A stretch of 64,000 bases of DNA, taken from the NCBI GenBank assembly GCA_963663385.2, contig CAXXXD010000003.1, positions 960,001-1,024,000 of the forward strand. The letters run 5' to 3'. Of this stretch, positions 10,922 to 21,365 are shown piece by piece. Numbering within the stretch: position 1 is the stretch's first letter; the number at the start of each line of letters is the position of its first letter. Source of the DNA: Oceanispirochaeta sp. Its GTDB lineage: Bacteria > Spirochaetota > Spirochaetia > DSM-2461. The notes beneath the pieces are model-generated. The model did not search any database and was not told the origin of the DNA. It saw only the letters and a list, made by a program, of their open reading frames with translations. The translations under genes were made by a program, and so were the position numbers.

Positions 10922-13097
10922 TTTTCTGGAACACCCTTTTGTTTCAGATAATAAGACAATGAACAGGCACTACCTTGTTCTCTATTACTTTTTCTTTGTT
11001 CTGACAATTCTTATTGTTACCCAATTTGATAATTTATTTCTCCGTGACAGCTACTATGGCTACCGGGAAGGCGACAGGGTAGAGGAGACTGTTTATCTGG
11101 ATAAATCCCTCTCCTACATTGACGAAAGTGCAACAGAGAAGAAAAGAACCCTGGCCATGGAGATGATTCTTCCGGTCTATGTAATTAAAGAAGATATAAA
11201 TGAGAGGATCCTGGATCAGTACGGGTTGTTCAAGCAGAGCCTAGCCGAGGTTATTGCCACTGATTTTCCCCCGGGAGAAATGGCAGCTCTGGAAGAACAG
11301 TATCCCGGTTTTCAATACCTTGGAAATCTTCGGGATATTGATTCTGTCAGACTGAACCTTATGATGTCTACTATTCAGGATACACTGGAAACTCTCCTGG
11401 CAAGGGGGGTTTTGAGCCGTCTGAATGATGAAGAAACCGGAACAACCGGTCTGATAGAGATCTTCCGTACAGAAATAGGTGAAAAATCTACCGTCCTGGC
11501 GGATAAAACCCTTACAATTGATAACTGGCAGATTCTGGTTCGGGAGATGCTGAGTAATTATGATTTCAATCCGGGAGAGTTGAAATTCATAGAGCTTATT
11601 GTCTATTATTTTCTGGAACCCAACTGTTTTTACAGTTCGGAACTGACGGAGCTGAAATATCAGGAGATCAATAAGACCATGACTCCCGTCTGGATTAAAC
11701 TGGAATCAGGAGATTCTCTTTTAACCAGGGGGACCATTATCACAGCGTCTGAGCTTAAGAAAATAGACGCCGTTAAGAACAGCAGGGGCAGGATTCGTAT
11801 TAATTCCATAATCAGTCCGTTTCTCTATACGGTTCTTGTGTTCCTTTTTCTGTTAGTCCTTCTTATTGTGTTTCCATCTGCCAGGGGACTGCTTGAGAAT
11901 CCCCATCTCATTTTTCTCCTCTCCTGGTTTCAGATAGCTATTTCCCTTGTTTTATTCCGGCTCTTTTCTGATCCGGGCGCAATTCCGGCAGTTCTTTATC
12001 TGCCTATAGGGTTAACAGCCATTCTTATGGCTATTCTGACTGATAGAAGAGCTGCTCTGATTTTTATTACAGTACAATCCGTATTTATCTTTTTTGTATT
12101 GGATTTTCATGCCCAGGCTTTTTTTATGACCCTGTTTACAGGTTACGGAGCCTGTCTTGTTATTGAAGGGGCGGAGAAACGGATCGACCTGATAAAGGGC
12201 GGAGTATTTCTGGCTCTGGTAGAAATTGTACTGCTGGGTGTTCTGTTTCTTGTTTTTCCCCTTCCCTTGAAAATAATGCTGCTCTCTTTTGCAGTGGCTG
12301 CCCTTAACGGAATTATCAGCGGTTTTCTATCTCTCACCATACTGCCCCTTTTCGAACATATCCTTAATGCCTGTACGACTTTCCGGCTGCAGGAACTGTC
12401 GGATTTGAATGCACCATTGCTTAAAAGGATGCTGGCTCTTGCACCGGGAACGTATGCCCATTCCATGAATGTGGCCAATCTGGCCGAGACGGGCTGCCGG
12501 AATATCGGTTCGGATGCTTTGCTTGCCAGAGTGGGAGCTTATTATCACGATATTGGAAAAATTGATCAGTCCGCCTATTTCAGCGAAAACCAGAAAGACT
12601 ATAATAAGCATGATGATCTGAAAACAACCCTATCTGTTGCAGTTATAAAATCTCATGTTAAAATCGGGATAGAAAAAGCCCGGGAATTGAACCTGCCCGG
12701 AAAAGTTATAAGCATTATTGCCCAGCATCATGGTACGAGTGTGATAGAATACTTCTACCAGAGAGCTGTAAAGGAGAAAGGGAGTGAGAATGTTTCTCTG
12801 GAAGACTATTCTCACTCAGGTCCCAAGCCGCAGTCAAAAGAGGCGGCCGTTGTTATGCTGGCTGATATGGCTGAAGCAGCTACCAGGAGTATGTCCAAGC
12901 CGACTCTGGCCAAACTGGAAAAATCCCTGTGGGATCTGATCATGCTCCGTTTTAAAGATGGAGAACTGAATGAGTGCGGAATGACCCTGCAGGAACTTGA
13001 GACAATTAAAACATCATTTGTACATGTTCTGACAGGACAGTATCATACAAGAATTGAATACCCCGATAGAGAAAGGAATCAAGATGAGCGAGATTGA
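10899..13097 (+). CDS. 7TM-HD phosphohydrolase (PgpH/YqfF-like, probable c-di-AMP phosphodiesterase)
   Basis: Extracytoplasmic domain, ~7 TM helices, APGTYAHS, YYHDIGK, QHHGT, MLADMAEAA. Confidence 0.85.
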   Translation: MNRNIRASFLEHPFVSDNKTMNRHYLVLYYFFFVLTILIVTQFDNLFLRDSYYGYREGDRVEETVYLDKSLSYIDESATEKKRTLAMEMILPVYVIKEDINERILDQYGLFKQSLAEVIATDFPPGEMAALEEQYPGFQYLGNLRDIDSVRLNLMMSTIQDTLETLLARGVLSRLNDEETGTTGLIEIFRTEIGEKSTVLADKTLTIDNWQILVREMLSNYDFNPGELKFIELIVYYFLEPNCFYSSELTELKYQEINKTMTPVWIKLESGDSLLTRGTIITASELKKIDAVKNSRGRIRINSIISPFLYTVLVFLFLLVLLIVFPSARGLLENPHLIFLLSWFQIAISLVLFRLFSDPGAIPAVLYLPIGLTAILMAILTDRRAALIFITVQSVFIFFVLDFHAQAFFMTLFTGYGACLVIEGAEKRIDLIKGGVFLALVEIVLLGVLFLVFPLPLKIMLLSFAVAALNGIISGFLSLTILPLFEHILNACTTFRLQELSDLNAPLLKRMLALAPGTYAHSMNVANLAETGCRNIGSDALLARVGAYYHDIGKIDQSAYFSENQKDYNKHDDLKTTLSVAVIKSHVKIGIEKARELNLPGKVISIIAQHHGTSVIEYFYQRAVKEKGSENVSLEDYSHSGPKPQSKEAAVVMLADMAEAATRSMSKPTLAKLEKSLWDLIMLRFKDGELNECGMTLQELETIKTSFVHVLTGQYHTRIEYPDRERNQDERD

Positions 13098-13542
13098 CAT
13101 AATTTCACAACTGGAGCAGGAACCGGCATGGCTGGATAAACTGGAATTATTTGTGAATACACTTCTGGAGCAGGAAGATCTTGCAAATTGGGAAATTTCA
13201 TTGACTCTCTGTCATGATCCTTATATAAAGGAATTAAACAGTCTGTACAGGGGCAAAGATGAACCGACAGATGTTCTTTCATTCTGTCAGAATGAAGGAG
13301 AGCTGATCAATCAGCAGGAAACGGAACTCTTTTCTGCCGGGGATATTGTCATTTCAATGGATACTTTGAACAGGCATGCTGTTGAATTTGACGTGTCCCT
13401 GGAGGAAGAACTGAAACGTGTTATTATTCACGGGGTTCTGCATCTGAAAGGTATGGAACACGAAACAAACGATCTGGGAGAAAAAATGCTGAAGCACCAG
13501 GAAGAAATTTTGGACAATTTAAGGTCGTTCAGGATTTTTTGA
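13084..13542 (+). CDS. ybeY: rRNA maturation endoribonuclease YbeY
   Basis: YRGKDEPTDVLSF and HGVLHLKGMEH; ATG 13084 follows AAAGGA. Confidence 0.95.
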   Translation: MSEIDIISQLEQEPAWLDKLELFVNTLLEQEDLANWEISLTLCHDPYIKELNSLYRGKDEPTDVLSFCQNEGELINQQETELFSAGDIVISMDTLNRHAVEFDVSLEEELKRVIIHGVLHLKGMEHETNDLGEKMLKHQEEILDNLRSFRIF

Positions 13543-14327
13543 TGAATTTTTTAAAACAGCTTTTTGGTAGAAGTCACTCAAGAGATACTATAGTCGATCA
13601 TGAATCATTAACCGATTTGAATTCGGAAGAACAGGGAATGATCCAGGGAATTGTGGAATTGTCTGAAACAACAATCAAAGAGGTCATTATCCCCCGGATT
13701 GATGTTGTCTTTATTGATGTGGACAGTGAGCAGGAAGATCTGTTTGAAATACTGACTCAGTCCGGTCATTCCCGTTTTCCGGTTTACCAGGATACCATTG
13801 ATAATGTAGTGGGTGTCCTCTATGTCAAAGATCTTCTTGAGTTTATGACTAAAAAAGAAAGTTTTAAAATCCGGGATATTATGAGAAAGGCCTACTTCGT
13901 CCCCGAGAGTATGAAACTGGATTCTCTTCTGAAGGAGTTCAAGCACCGGCGGGTTCATATCGCCATTGCCGTTGATGAATATGGAGGGGTTTCAGGTATA
14001 GTCTGTATGGAAGACATCATCGAAGAGATTGTTGGTGATATTCAGGATGAGTTTGACAATGAAGAAGACGATATCCTTGAAATCGGGCCTGATACATACC
14101 TCTGTGATGCGCGAATTGATCTGGAAGATCTTAATGAACATATTAAAAAAGATCTGCCCGATGATAAATTCGATACCCTGGGCGGATTTGTTTTCGATTT
14201 ATTCGGGAAAATCCCAGTACGCTATGAAAAAGTTTCCTATGAAAACCTGGATTTTATTATTCAATCCGTGGAAGGGCATAAAATTAAAACCGTAAAGGTC
14301 GTTCTAAATGATCAAGGGAAAACTTAA
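13539..14327 (+). CDS. corC: CBS-pair/CorC-HlyC domain protein (CorC/TlyC family)
   Basis: IPRIDV, SGHSRFPV, VDEYGGVSGIVCMEDIIEEIVGDIQDEFD, DTLGGF. Confidence 0.88.
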   Translation: MMNFLKQLFGRSHSRDTIVDHESLTDLNSEEQGMIQGIVELSETTIKEVIIPRIDVVFIDVDSEQEDLFEILTQSGHSRFPVYQDTIDNVVGVLYVKDLLEFMTKKESFKIRDIMRKAYFVPESMKLDSLLKEFKHRRVHIAIAVDEYGGVSGIVCMEDIIEEIVGDIQDEFDNEEDDILEIGPDTYLCDARIDLEDLNEHIKKDLPDDKFDTLGGFVFDLFGKIPVRYEKVSYENLDFIIQSVEGHKIKTVKVVLNDQGKT

Positions 14328-16281
14328 AACTGGGCAGCTGTTCCTTATAGTTGTACTTCTCATATCACCACTTTATGCGGAATCTCCTGTGAATCTTTTT
14401 GAACAGGGTAATGATGCCCTTGATGACGGAAACTGCTATTTGGCCCTGGATTATTATAAACAGGCTCTGGAGATCAATCCCGGGTATGTTGATGCTCTTA
14501 TGGGCATTTCCCGGGCATATTTTCTTCTGCAGGAGTACGATGAAGCACTCTCCTATATTGTAACAGCAAGAATAGGGGCTACCCGTCGGATAGACGTCTT
14601 GAACCTCGAAGGGCGTATCAATCTTGGACTGTCCGAACTGGATGAAGCAGAGAGAATCTTTAATCAGGTGCTGAAAATAGAACCGAATAATATGGATGCG
14701 TCCTATGGACTGGCCGAGATAGCCGTATTCAGGGGAAACTACAAAGAGGGATCTGATCTTTTTGAAAAGAGTCTGGCCATTAATCCGGACAGCAGAAGAG
14801 CCCTGCTCTCCCTGTCTGTTCTGTACCTTCAGATGGACCAGCCGGAGAGGGCGGAATCCTATCTCGCTTCGGCATTAAAGCTTTTTCCCCAGGACAGGGT
14901 CGTTCTCAGGGAAGCTATGTCGTACTATGTCGATGCGGAGGACTGGGAAAAAGCCGAAAATCTGGCTCTTCAGTTCCTGTCTCTTGAACCGGAAAATAAG
15001 GATATTGCTCTTGTTCTGGGTATGATATACAAAAATACCGGTATCTATGACAAAGCGGTGGAGTTTTTTCAGGAAAGTATCCGGCATCAGCAGGAAAATC
15101 CTCTGACATGGTATCACCTGGGTTGGAGCTTTTACGGTTTGGGAAAATATGATGAAGCTCTTCTTTGTTTCAAAACCGTAAATATTATTGACCCGAATGA
15201 TGAAATTTCCCGGATAAGTGCGGAAAATCTTCTTATGCGTTTCTACCCGTTGAATCACGCAGAGAGGAATACGGCAGCCCTCTGGCATTTTGAAAGGGGC
15301 AGAAAGCTTCAGGATAACTATCAGTTTGCCAAAGCTTTTGATGAGTACCGGCGGGGACGTCTTCTGGCTCCGCTGAATCTGGATGGATGGTGGTCCTATG
15401 CCCGGATCCTCGATACCATGGATCAACCAAACCGCTTCCGGGACGAACTGGAGGCTCTAAATCGCGAAGCCTACGATAATATTGACTTTAAACGTCTGTA
15501 TGAGCTTGTGATGAGCACGGATGATCAATCCTATCCCGAGACCTGGGAGGGAAGCATACTGAATCGTGACAGTTCTCTATCCCTCTCCCTGTTTGTGGAT
15601 ACAACCCGAACCGAAATGATCCATCAGGGGGGAGAGGAAGATCTTACCAGGTTTGTCGGAGACTCGCTGATGAAAAATCCCCGGTTTTCCATTATGGAAA
15701 GCATTCCTGTCAAATCTGCCTCCGATGCCTATCGCAGTGCCCGGAACAGTGGTTCGGATTTTTATCTTGTACTGGCCTATACAGAGATGGAGCGTTCAAT
15801 CCGGTTGCGCTGTGAACTATATCTTTCCCGTACGGGAACACTGATTGATTCATTTGATCTTTTACGTTCCGGGAATATGCGGGTTCGGGAAATCCTTATT
15901 AAGGCTGCAGTAGCTGTTGAAACCCGTCTTCCCCTCAAAGGGCACCTGATGGGAGTGGAAGGAAATGATGTTCTGATCAACCTCGGCAGTTTGAGCCAGG
16001 TGGAAGAGGACATGTCCTTCATTCTCCTGCGCAGGGGAAGCGGACGCTGGCTGGATGCCGAACCCTATCGGGACTATCAGGCTGAGGATGTGCTTGGAAC
16101 TGTAGTCATAACCGAGGTTCAGGAAAACACTTCAAAGGGAATCCTGAAAAGGAATTCTCCCTTTGATCTGGTTAATCCGGGAGATGAGGTTTATACCCTG
16201 CCCGAGAATTCAGAAGAACAGGAAGAGTTGCCCGAATCCATGAATAGTGAACTAAAAACACAGCTCCTTCGTCTTTACTAG
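14308..16281 (+). CDS. Exported TPR protein with FlgT-C-like C-terminal domain
   Basis: Signal peptide, ~8 TPRs, C-terminal VLINLG...LGTVVITEV...VNPGDEV. Confidence 0.8.
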   Translation: MIKGKLKTGQLFLIVVLLISPLYAESPVNLFEQGNDALDDGNCYLALDYYKQALEINPGYVDALMGISRAYFLLQEYDEALSYIVTARIGATRRIDVLNLEGRINLGLSELDEAERIFNQVLKIEPNNMDASYGLAEIAVFRGNYKEGSDLFEKSLAINPDSRRALLSLSVLYLQMDQPERAESYLASALKLFPQDRVVLREAMSYYVDAEDWEKAENLALQFLSLEPENKDIALVLGMIYKNTGIYDKAVEFFQESIRHQQENPLTWYHLGWSFYGLGKYDEALLCFKTVNIIDPNDEISRISAENLLMRFYPLNHAERNTAALWHFERGRKLQDNYQFAKAFDEYRRGRLLAPLNLDGWWSYARILDTMDQPNRFRDELEALNREAYDNIDFKRLYELVMSTDDQSYPETWEGSILNRDSSLSLSLFVDTTRTEMIHQGGEEDLTRFVGDSLMKNPRFSIMESIPVKSASDAYRSARNSGSDFYLVLAYTEMERSIRLRCELYLSRTGTLIDSFDLLRSGNMRVREILIKAAVAVETRLPLKGHLMGVEGNDVLINLGSLSQVEEDMSFILLRRGSGRWLDAEPYRDYQAEDVLGTVVITEVQENTSKGILKRNSPFDLVNPGDEVYTLPENSEEQEELPESMNSELKTQLLRLY

Positions 16282-16284
16282 GAA

Positions 16285-16313
16285 TTGACCAATACAAGCT
16301 ATTCTAATATATT
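16285..16313 (+). promoter_or_regulatory. Putative sigma70 promoter of gap-pgk-tpiA-secG
   Basis: TTGACC-17 nt-TATATT. Confidence 0.65.
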
Positions 16314-16352
16314 AAATTACAATAAATTTTGTTATTACCCGGAGGAATCTCT

Positions 16353-17351
16353 GTGAAACTTGCCATTAATGGGTTTGGTAGAATAGGTAGAAACGTATTT
16401 AAGATTGCCATGGAGAGAGAAGGGGTTGAAATTGTCGCGATCAATGATCTGACCGACGCAAAAACCCTTGCTCATCTGTTGAAATATGACTCCACTTTCG
16501 GAGTCTACAATAGAAGTGTAGAAGCCAAAGAAGATGCTATCGTGGTAGACGGTAAGGAAATCAGGATTTTCGCTATCCGGAATCCGAAGGATCTTCCCTG
16601 GAAAGAGCTGTGCGTTGATGTGGCTGTAGAGTCAACCGGTATTTTCCGGACAGCCGAAGGCGAAAAGGGCGGATACCTGGATCATATTAAAGCCGGTGCA
16701 GGAAAAGTCATTCTGACAGTCCCGGCCAAAGACGCAATTGAAACCGTTGTTCTGGGAGTGAATGAAGAAAGGATTTCGGGAGAGATACTGGCCTATTCCA
16801 ATGCTTCCTGCACAACAAACTGTCTGGCCCCTGTGGCAAAAGTCCTGAATGATGAGTTTGGTATCGAAAAAGGCCTAATGACAACGGTTCATGCCTATAC
16901 AAACGATCAGGTTATTCTGGATACGCCCCATACCGATCTCAGAAGGGCCCGTTCAGCCGGCTTGAATATCATACCCACTTCAACAGGCGCCGCTGTAGCG
17001 GTAGGCAAGGTTATCCCTGAGTTGAATGGTAAACTGAACGGAGGGGCCATGCGTGTTCCGACTCCTACCGGCTCGGTGGTGGACCTGACCGTACAACTGA
17101 AAAAAGACTGTACAGTTGAAGAACTGAATGCAGCAATTAAAGCAGCAGCCGAAGGGCCTATGAAGGGGATTCTGGAATATACGGAAGACCCCATAGTCTC
17201 AATGGATATCAAGGGAAATCCGAACTCTTCCGTATTTGATGCGGGATGCACCATGAAAATGGGTGAAGGTTTCTTTAAAGTTATTTCATGGTATGACAAC
17301 GAAATGGGATACTCCACGAGAGTTGTCGACCTGGCTCAAAAATTGGTATAA
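16353..17351 (+). CDS. gap: Type I glyceraldehyde-3-phosphate dehydrogenase
   Basis: INGFGRIGR, ASCTTNCL, WYDNE; GTG start after GGAGG. Confidence 0.98.
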   Translation: MKLAINGFGRIGRNVFKIAMEREGVEIVAINDLTDAKTLAHLLKYDSTFGVYNRSVEAKEDAIVVDGKEIRIFAIRNPKDLPWKELCVDVAVESTGIFRTAEGEKGGYLDHIKAGAGKVILTVPAKDAIETVVLGVNEERISGEILAYSNASCTTNCLAPVAKVLNDEFGIEKGLMTTVHAYTNDQVILDTPHTDLRRARSAGLNIIPTSTGAAVAVGKVIPELNGKLNGGAMRVPTPTGSVVDLTVQLKKDCTVEELNAAIKAAAEGPMKGILEYTEDPIVSMDIKGNPNSSVFDAGCTMKMGEGFFKVISWYDNEMGYSTRVVDLAQKLV

Positions 17352-17363
17352 GGAGCAAATAAA

Positions 17364-18545
17364 ATGGGTGTAATTACTGTAAAAGACATGGATCTTAAAA
17401 ATAAACGCGTTCTGGTGCGTGTGGATTTTAACGTTCCCCTGAAAGAGGGGAAGATCACGGATGATACTAGAATGCAGAGGGCGCTTCCCACTCTCCAGTA
17501 TATTCTGGAACAGGATGGGGCATCACTTATTGTTATGAGTCATCTGGGACGTCCTTCCGAAGAGAGGGAACCCCAGTTCAGCATGAAACAGCTGGAATCT
17601 CATCTGGCTGAAATTTCCGGAGTTAAAGTAACGACTGCCCCCGATTGTGTGGGCAGCGAAGTGGAAAAGATGGCATCGGAACTGAAGGCCGGCGAAATTC
17701 TTCTTCTGGAAAATACCCGCTATCACAAAGCTGAAAAAAATAACGACCCCGAATTTGCCGCCCGGCTCGCCAAGCTGGCGGATGTATATGTAAATGATGC
17801 TTTTGGTGCAGCACACAGAGCGCATGCCTCTACGGAAGGAATTACGAAATACCTTCCTTCCTGTGCCGGTTTTCTGATGGAGAAAGAGTGCCTTTTCTTC
17901 GATAAGGTTCTGGAAAATCCGGAGAAACCTTTTGTCGCCATTATCGGAGGTGCAAAGGTTTCATCCAAGATCGCGGTACTTGAATCCCTGATCGATAAAT
18001 GCAATACATTCGTAATCGGCGGTGGTATGGCCTATACTTTCCTGAAAGTTCAGGGGCATGCTATCGGTAATTCCCTTTTTGAAGAGGATTTCATGGAAAC
18101 CGCCGAGAGCTTTCTGAAAAATGCAGAAAAAGCCGGTGTGGAAGTAATTCTGCCCATGGATCATGTGGTAGCATCCAGGTTTGATGAAAATGCAGAGGCT
18201 GAAGCCATTGATTCTGTTGAAATCCCCGAGGGTAAACTGGCTATGGATGTGGGACCCAAAACTGTTGCGGCTGTTAAAGAGAGAATCGCAAATGCCAGGA
18301 CAGTCGTCTGGAACGGACCAATGGGCGTATTTGAATTTGACAAGTTTGCCAAAGGAACTCTGGAAGTTGCCAATTTTGTTGCGGATTGTGCCGGTACTAC
18401 AGTAGTCGGCGGAGGAGACTCTGTTGCTGCTGTAAACAAGTTCAATCTGGCCGATAAAATTGACCATGTATCCACCGGCGGAGGAGCATCCCTGGAGTTT
18501 CTGGAAGGAAAAGCACTGCCCGGCGTTGTGGCTTTAAGAAAATAA
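17364..18545 (+). CDS. pgk: Phosphoglycerate kinase
   Basis: RVDFNVP, SHLGRP, LLENTRY, NDAFG, STGGGASLE. Confidence 0.99.
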   Translation: MGVITVKDMDLKNKRVLVRVDFNVPLKEGKITDDTRMQRALPTLQYILEQDGASLIVMSHLGRPSEEREPQFSMKQLESHLAEISGVKVTTAPDCVGSEVEKMASELKAGEILLLENTRYHKAEKNNDPEFAARLAKLADVYVNDAFGAAHRAHASTEGITKYLPSCAGFLMEKECLFFDKVLENPEKPFVAIIGGAKVSSKIAVLESLIDKCNTFVIGGGMAYTFLKVQGHAIGNSLFEEDFMETAESFLKNAEKAGVEVILPMDHVVASRFDENAEAEAIDSVEIPEGKLAMDVGPKTVAAVKERIANARTVVWNGPMGVFEFDKFAKGTLEVANFVADCAGTTVVGGGDSVAAVNKFNLADKIDHVSTGGGASLEFLEGKALPGVVALRK

Positions 18546-18620
18546 TATTTTACAGCAAATCCGGTTATCAGTCTGTTGGTTACCGGGTTGCTGAAAAACA
18601 GGTACTATAGGAGAATTATC

Positions 18621-19373
18621 ATGAGAAATTACCTCATTGCAGGAAACTGGAAAATGAACAAAACCCCTTCCGAAGCTGTTCAGCTGGCGAAGGACATTCT
18701 TCCCCTGGTAAAAGACAGTGACTACAGAGTAATGGTTGCTCCCTCTTTTGTCTGTCTTCCCGGTGTCGTGGAAGTACTGAAAGGAAGTAATGTAATTGTA
18801 GCGGCTCAGAATATGGCCGGTACAGAAGAAGGCGCCTTTACCGGTGAGACTTCTGTTCTGATGCTGAAGGATCTTGGAGTCGAAGCCGTTCTTCTGGGAC
18901 ATTCCGAAAGAAGACATATTTATGGTGAAACAAACGAACAGATTAACGAAAAAGTTAAACTGGCTCTTAAACAGGGACTGATGCCTGTTCTGTGTATCGG
19001 AGAACTCCTGGAAGAGAGAGAAGCCGGAAAAGCGGAAGCTGTCTGTTTTGAACAGCTTGAGAAAGGTCTGGCCGGTGTTTCTGAAAAAGAACTTGACAAT
19101 GTTGTAATTGCGTATGAACCTGTATGGGCAATCGGAACCGGTAAAACAGCCACACCCGATGATGCGGATGCAATCCATGCTTCCTGCAGAAAGAAAATTG
19201 CCGAAATGTATTCTGATGCAGCGGCAGAAAAAATCGTTATTCAGTACGGTGGATCAATGAAACCGGAAAATATTAAGGATTTAATGGCTATGGAAAATAT
19301 TGACGGCGGTCTGATCGGGGGAGCTTCCCTGAAAGCCGACTCTTTTGCTTCTCTGGCTAATTTTAATAAATAA
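18621..19373 (+). CDS. tpiA: Triosephosphate isomerase
   Basis: AGNWKM, GHSERR, AYEPVWAIGTG, YGGS; ATG after AGGAG. Confidence 0.99.
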   Translation: MRNYLIAGNWKMNKTPSEAVQLAKDILPLVKDSDYRVMVAPSFVCLPGVVEVLKGSNVIVAAQNMAGTEEGAFTGETSVLMLKDLGVEAVLLGHSERRHIYGETNEQINEKVKLALKQGLMPVLCIGELLEEREAGKAEAVCFEQLEKGLAGVSEKELDNVVIAYEPVWAIGTGKTATPDDADAIHASCRKKIAEMYSDAAAEKIVIQYGGSMKPENIKDLMAMENIDGGLIGGASLKADSFASLANFNK

Positions 19374-19391
19374 TTACCTGGGAGATATATA

Positions 19392-19751
19392 ATGGGTATT
19401 ATTGGTACTTTACTGATTATTCTTTTTGTAATCGTATGTATTCTTCTGATTATGTTCGTATTGTTACAGGATGATCAGGGAGAAGGCTTGGGAGGTCTGT
19501 TCGGCGGTTCAAGCGGTTCTCCTTTCGGTGGTGCGGCAAACAATGCACTGGTTAGGATCACAACCATTCTGGGAAGTCTGTTTATGGTTTGTTCTCTGCT
19601 GGTTGCTTTTGTAGTCAGATCCCCCAACAGCAGTGACGTTTTAAGCGAAGCCAGGCAGATCAAAGCTGAGAATAGCGATGGTGCAAACTGGTGGGAAGGC
19701 GAAGCTGTATCAGGAAATGAGGGCGAAGATCTTATTATTCCTCAGGACTGA
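19392..19751 (+). CDS. secG: Preprotein translocase subunit SecG
   Basis: Two TM helices flanking VLLQ...GLGGLFGG; follows tpiA. Confidence 0.92.
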   Translation: MGIIGTLLIILFVIVCILLIMFVLLQDDQGEGLGGLFGGSSGSPFGGAANNALVRITTILGSLFMVCSLLVAFVVRSPNSSDVLSEARQIKAENSDGANWWEGEAVSGNEGEDLIIPQD

Positions 19752-19760
19752 TGGAAATGG

Positions 19761-19792
19761 ATGGGAGCATAGGCTCCCATTCTTTTCTTTTT
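19761..19792 (+). terminator. Rho-independent terminator after secG
   Basis: ATGGGAGC-ATAG-GCTCCCAT followed by T-rich tail. Confidence 0.75.
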
Positions 19793-19864
19793 GTAAATTA
19801 ATAATATATAGGCATCAACGGTTCATACTGAAAAATCAGAGAACCGGTATGTAGGAGCTTTATT

Positions 19865-20275
19865 ATGCGTGTAGCTGTTGTATATTACAAAAACGGCTGT
19901 GAAAAGGTCAAAGATATTGCAACCCATCTGGCAAGGGGGATTGAATCGGAAGGCCATCAGGTTGCTATTGTCAATATTGAAACAGATCCCGATACCAAAC
20001 TGACCCTTTATGATTACCTGCTGATAGGAACCGCAGCAAATTCTGCATTCAGTGGTAAAATCAGTACAAGAATATCCGAGTTCTTAAAGAACTCCGGTAG
20101 GGTTTCCGGTAAGAAATGTTATGCCTTTATTGCAAAAAAAGGCTTTTTCGTAAGCAAGGCTCTTCAGAACCTTATGAAAATAATGGAAAAAGAAGGTATG
20201 TTTCTTAAAATATCCGATATTATTACTGGTACAGACGAAGCTGAACTAATCGGAAAGAAACTTCATATAAAGTAA
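19865..20275 (+). CDS. Flavodoxin-fold protein (degenerate FMN-binding loop)
   Basis: beta/alpha pattern MRVAVVY...YDYLLIGT...GKKCYAF; lacks SxTGNT. Confidence 0.6.
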   Translation: MRVAVVYYKNGCEKVKDIATHLARGIESEGHQVAIVNIETDPDTKLTLYDYLLIGTAANSAFSGKISTRISEFLKNSGRVSGKKCYAFIAKKGFFVSKALQNLMKIMEKEGMFLKISDIITGTDEAELIGKKLHIK

Positions 20276-20312
20276 GTTGTTATATAAATAAACTTACCAA
20301 CAAGGAACAGTT

Positions 20313-21356
20313 ATGTACAAAAAAGCATTGATTCCGGCTCTACTGTTGCTGTTTGCAGGCAATCTGTTTGCCCAGACAGCCATAGACAGACCGGTAGCCA
20401 TCGTAAAACTGACAAAAATGGATGTAATTTCTGAAAAGAAGTTAAATTATAATATATCCCTGTATGAGCAGCAGACAGGAAGAGCGCTGACAAAACCTGA
20501 AAAGGAACAGGTCCTTGAGACTCTCATTAATCAGATGCTGGTCTTTCAGGCGGCAGAAAGAGACAATGTAACTGTTTCTGACGAACAGGTCCTTGCTGTG
20601 GGCATGCAGCAGTTAATGCAGCAGATCGGACAGAAGATTACGGAAGCCCAGTATAAGCAGATAATTAAAGATCAAACCGGAATGGACTATGATGTGTATA
20701 AAGAGGAAATCCGGAAACAGCTTATTCTGGAAAAATACGTCACAGAAATGAAAAAGGATTTTATTCTGAGAACCTCTACACCCGGATCTGATGAAATTCA
20801 GCTTTTCTATAATCAGAACGAAGAAAAATTCCTAAATCCGGAAATGGTTAAGCTCAGTCATATCTTTTTCAGCACAAAGGGGATAACTGCGGAACAGAAA
20901 GCAGAAAAAAAGGCTCTGGCTGATCAGGTAATGAAGCAGTTTAACAGCGGCAGCAGCAGTTTTGAAGATCTTGTCAGAGCAAATACAGAGGATAAAAATT
21001 CAATTGTAAGAGATGGCGATCTGGGAAGTTATCTGGATAGAAGTGAACAGAACATTTCGCTTTTCGGCGATAATTTCATAAATACAATTTTTTCCATGGC
21101 AGTAGATACGGATGTCCGGATGATTGAATCCAATCAGGGATATCATATTGTAAAAGTTACTGCTCATCGGGAGAAGACGTTTCTTGAACTTGATGATCCT
21201 ATCAGCCCGGTACAGACCCAAACTGTTAGAGAGTATATTAAAAACCTTCTAGGTTCCCGCAAGCAGCAGGAAGCTTTTCAGATTGCTGCCAAAAATGTAG
21301 TTGAGGAACTGATAGAGGATGCCGAGATTCAACGATTCCCGGAAAATATAGAATAG
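20313..21356 (+). CDS. SurA-like periplasmic chaperone / parvulin peptidyl-prolyl isomerase
   Basis: Signal peptide, SurA-N-like helices, parvulin motifs SHIFF, FEDLV, GDLG, GYHIVKV. Confidence 0.85.
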   Translation: MYKKALIPALLLLFAGNLFAQTAIDRPVAIVKLTKMDVISEKKLNYNISLYEQQTGRALTKPEKEQVLETLINQMLVFQAAERDNVTVSDEQVLAVGMQQLMQQIGQKITEAQYKQIIKDQTGMDYDVYKEEIRKQLILEKYVTEMKKDFILRTSTPGSDEIQLFYNQNEEKFLNPEMVKLSHIFFSTKGITAEQKAEKKALADQVMKQFNSGSSSFEDLVRANTEDKNSIVRDGDLGSYLDRSEQNISLFGDNFINTIFSMAVDTDVRMIESNQGYHIVKVTAHREKTFLELDDPISPVQTQTVREYIKNLLGSRKQQEAFQIAAKNVVEELIEDAEIQRFPENIE

Positions 21357-21365
21357 TATAGGTAA

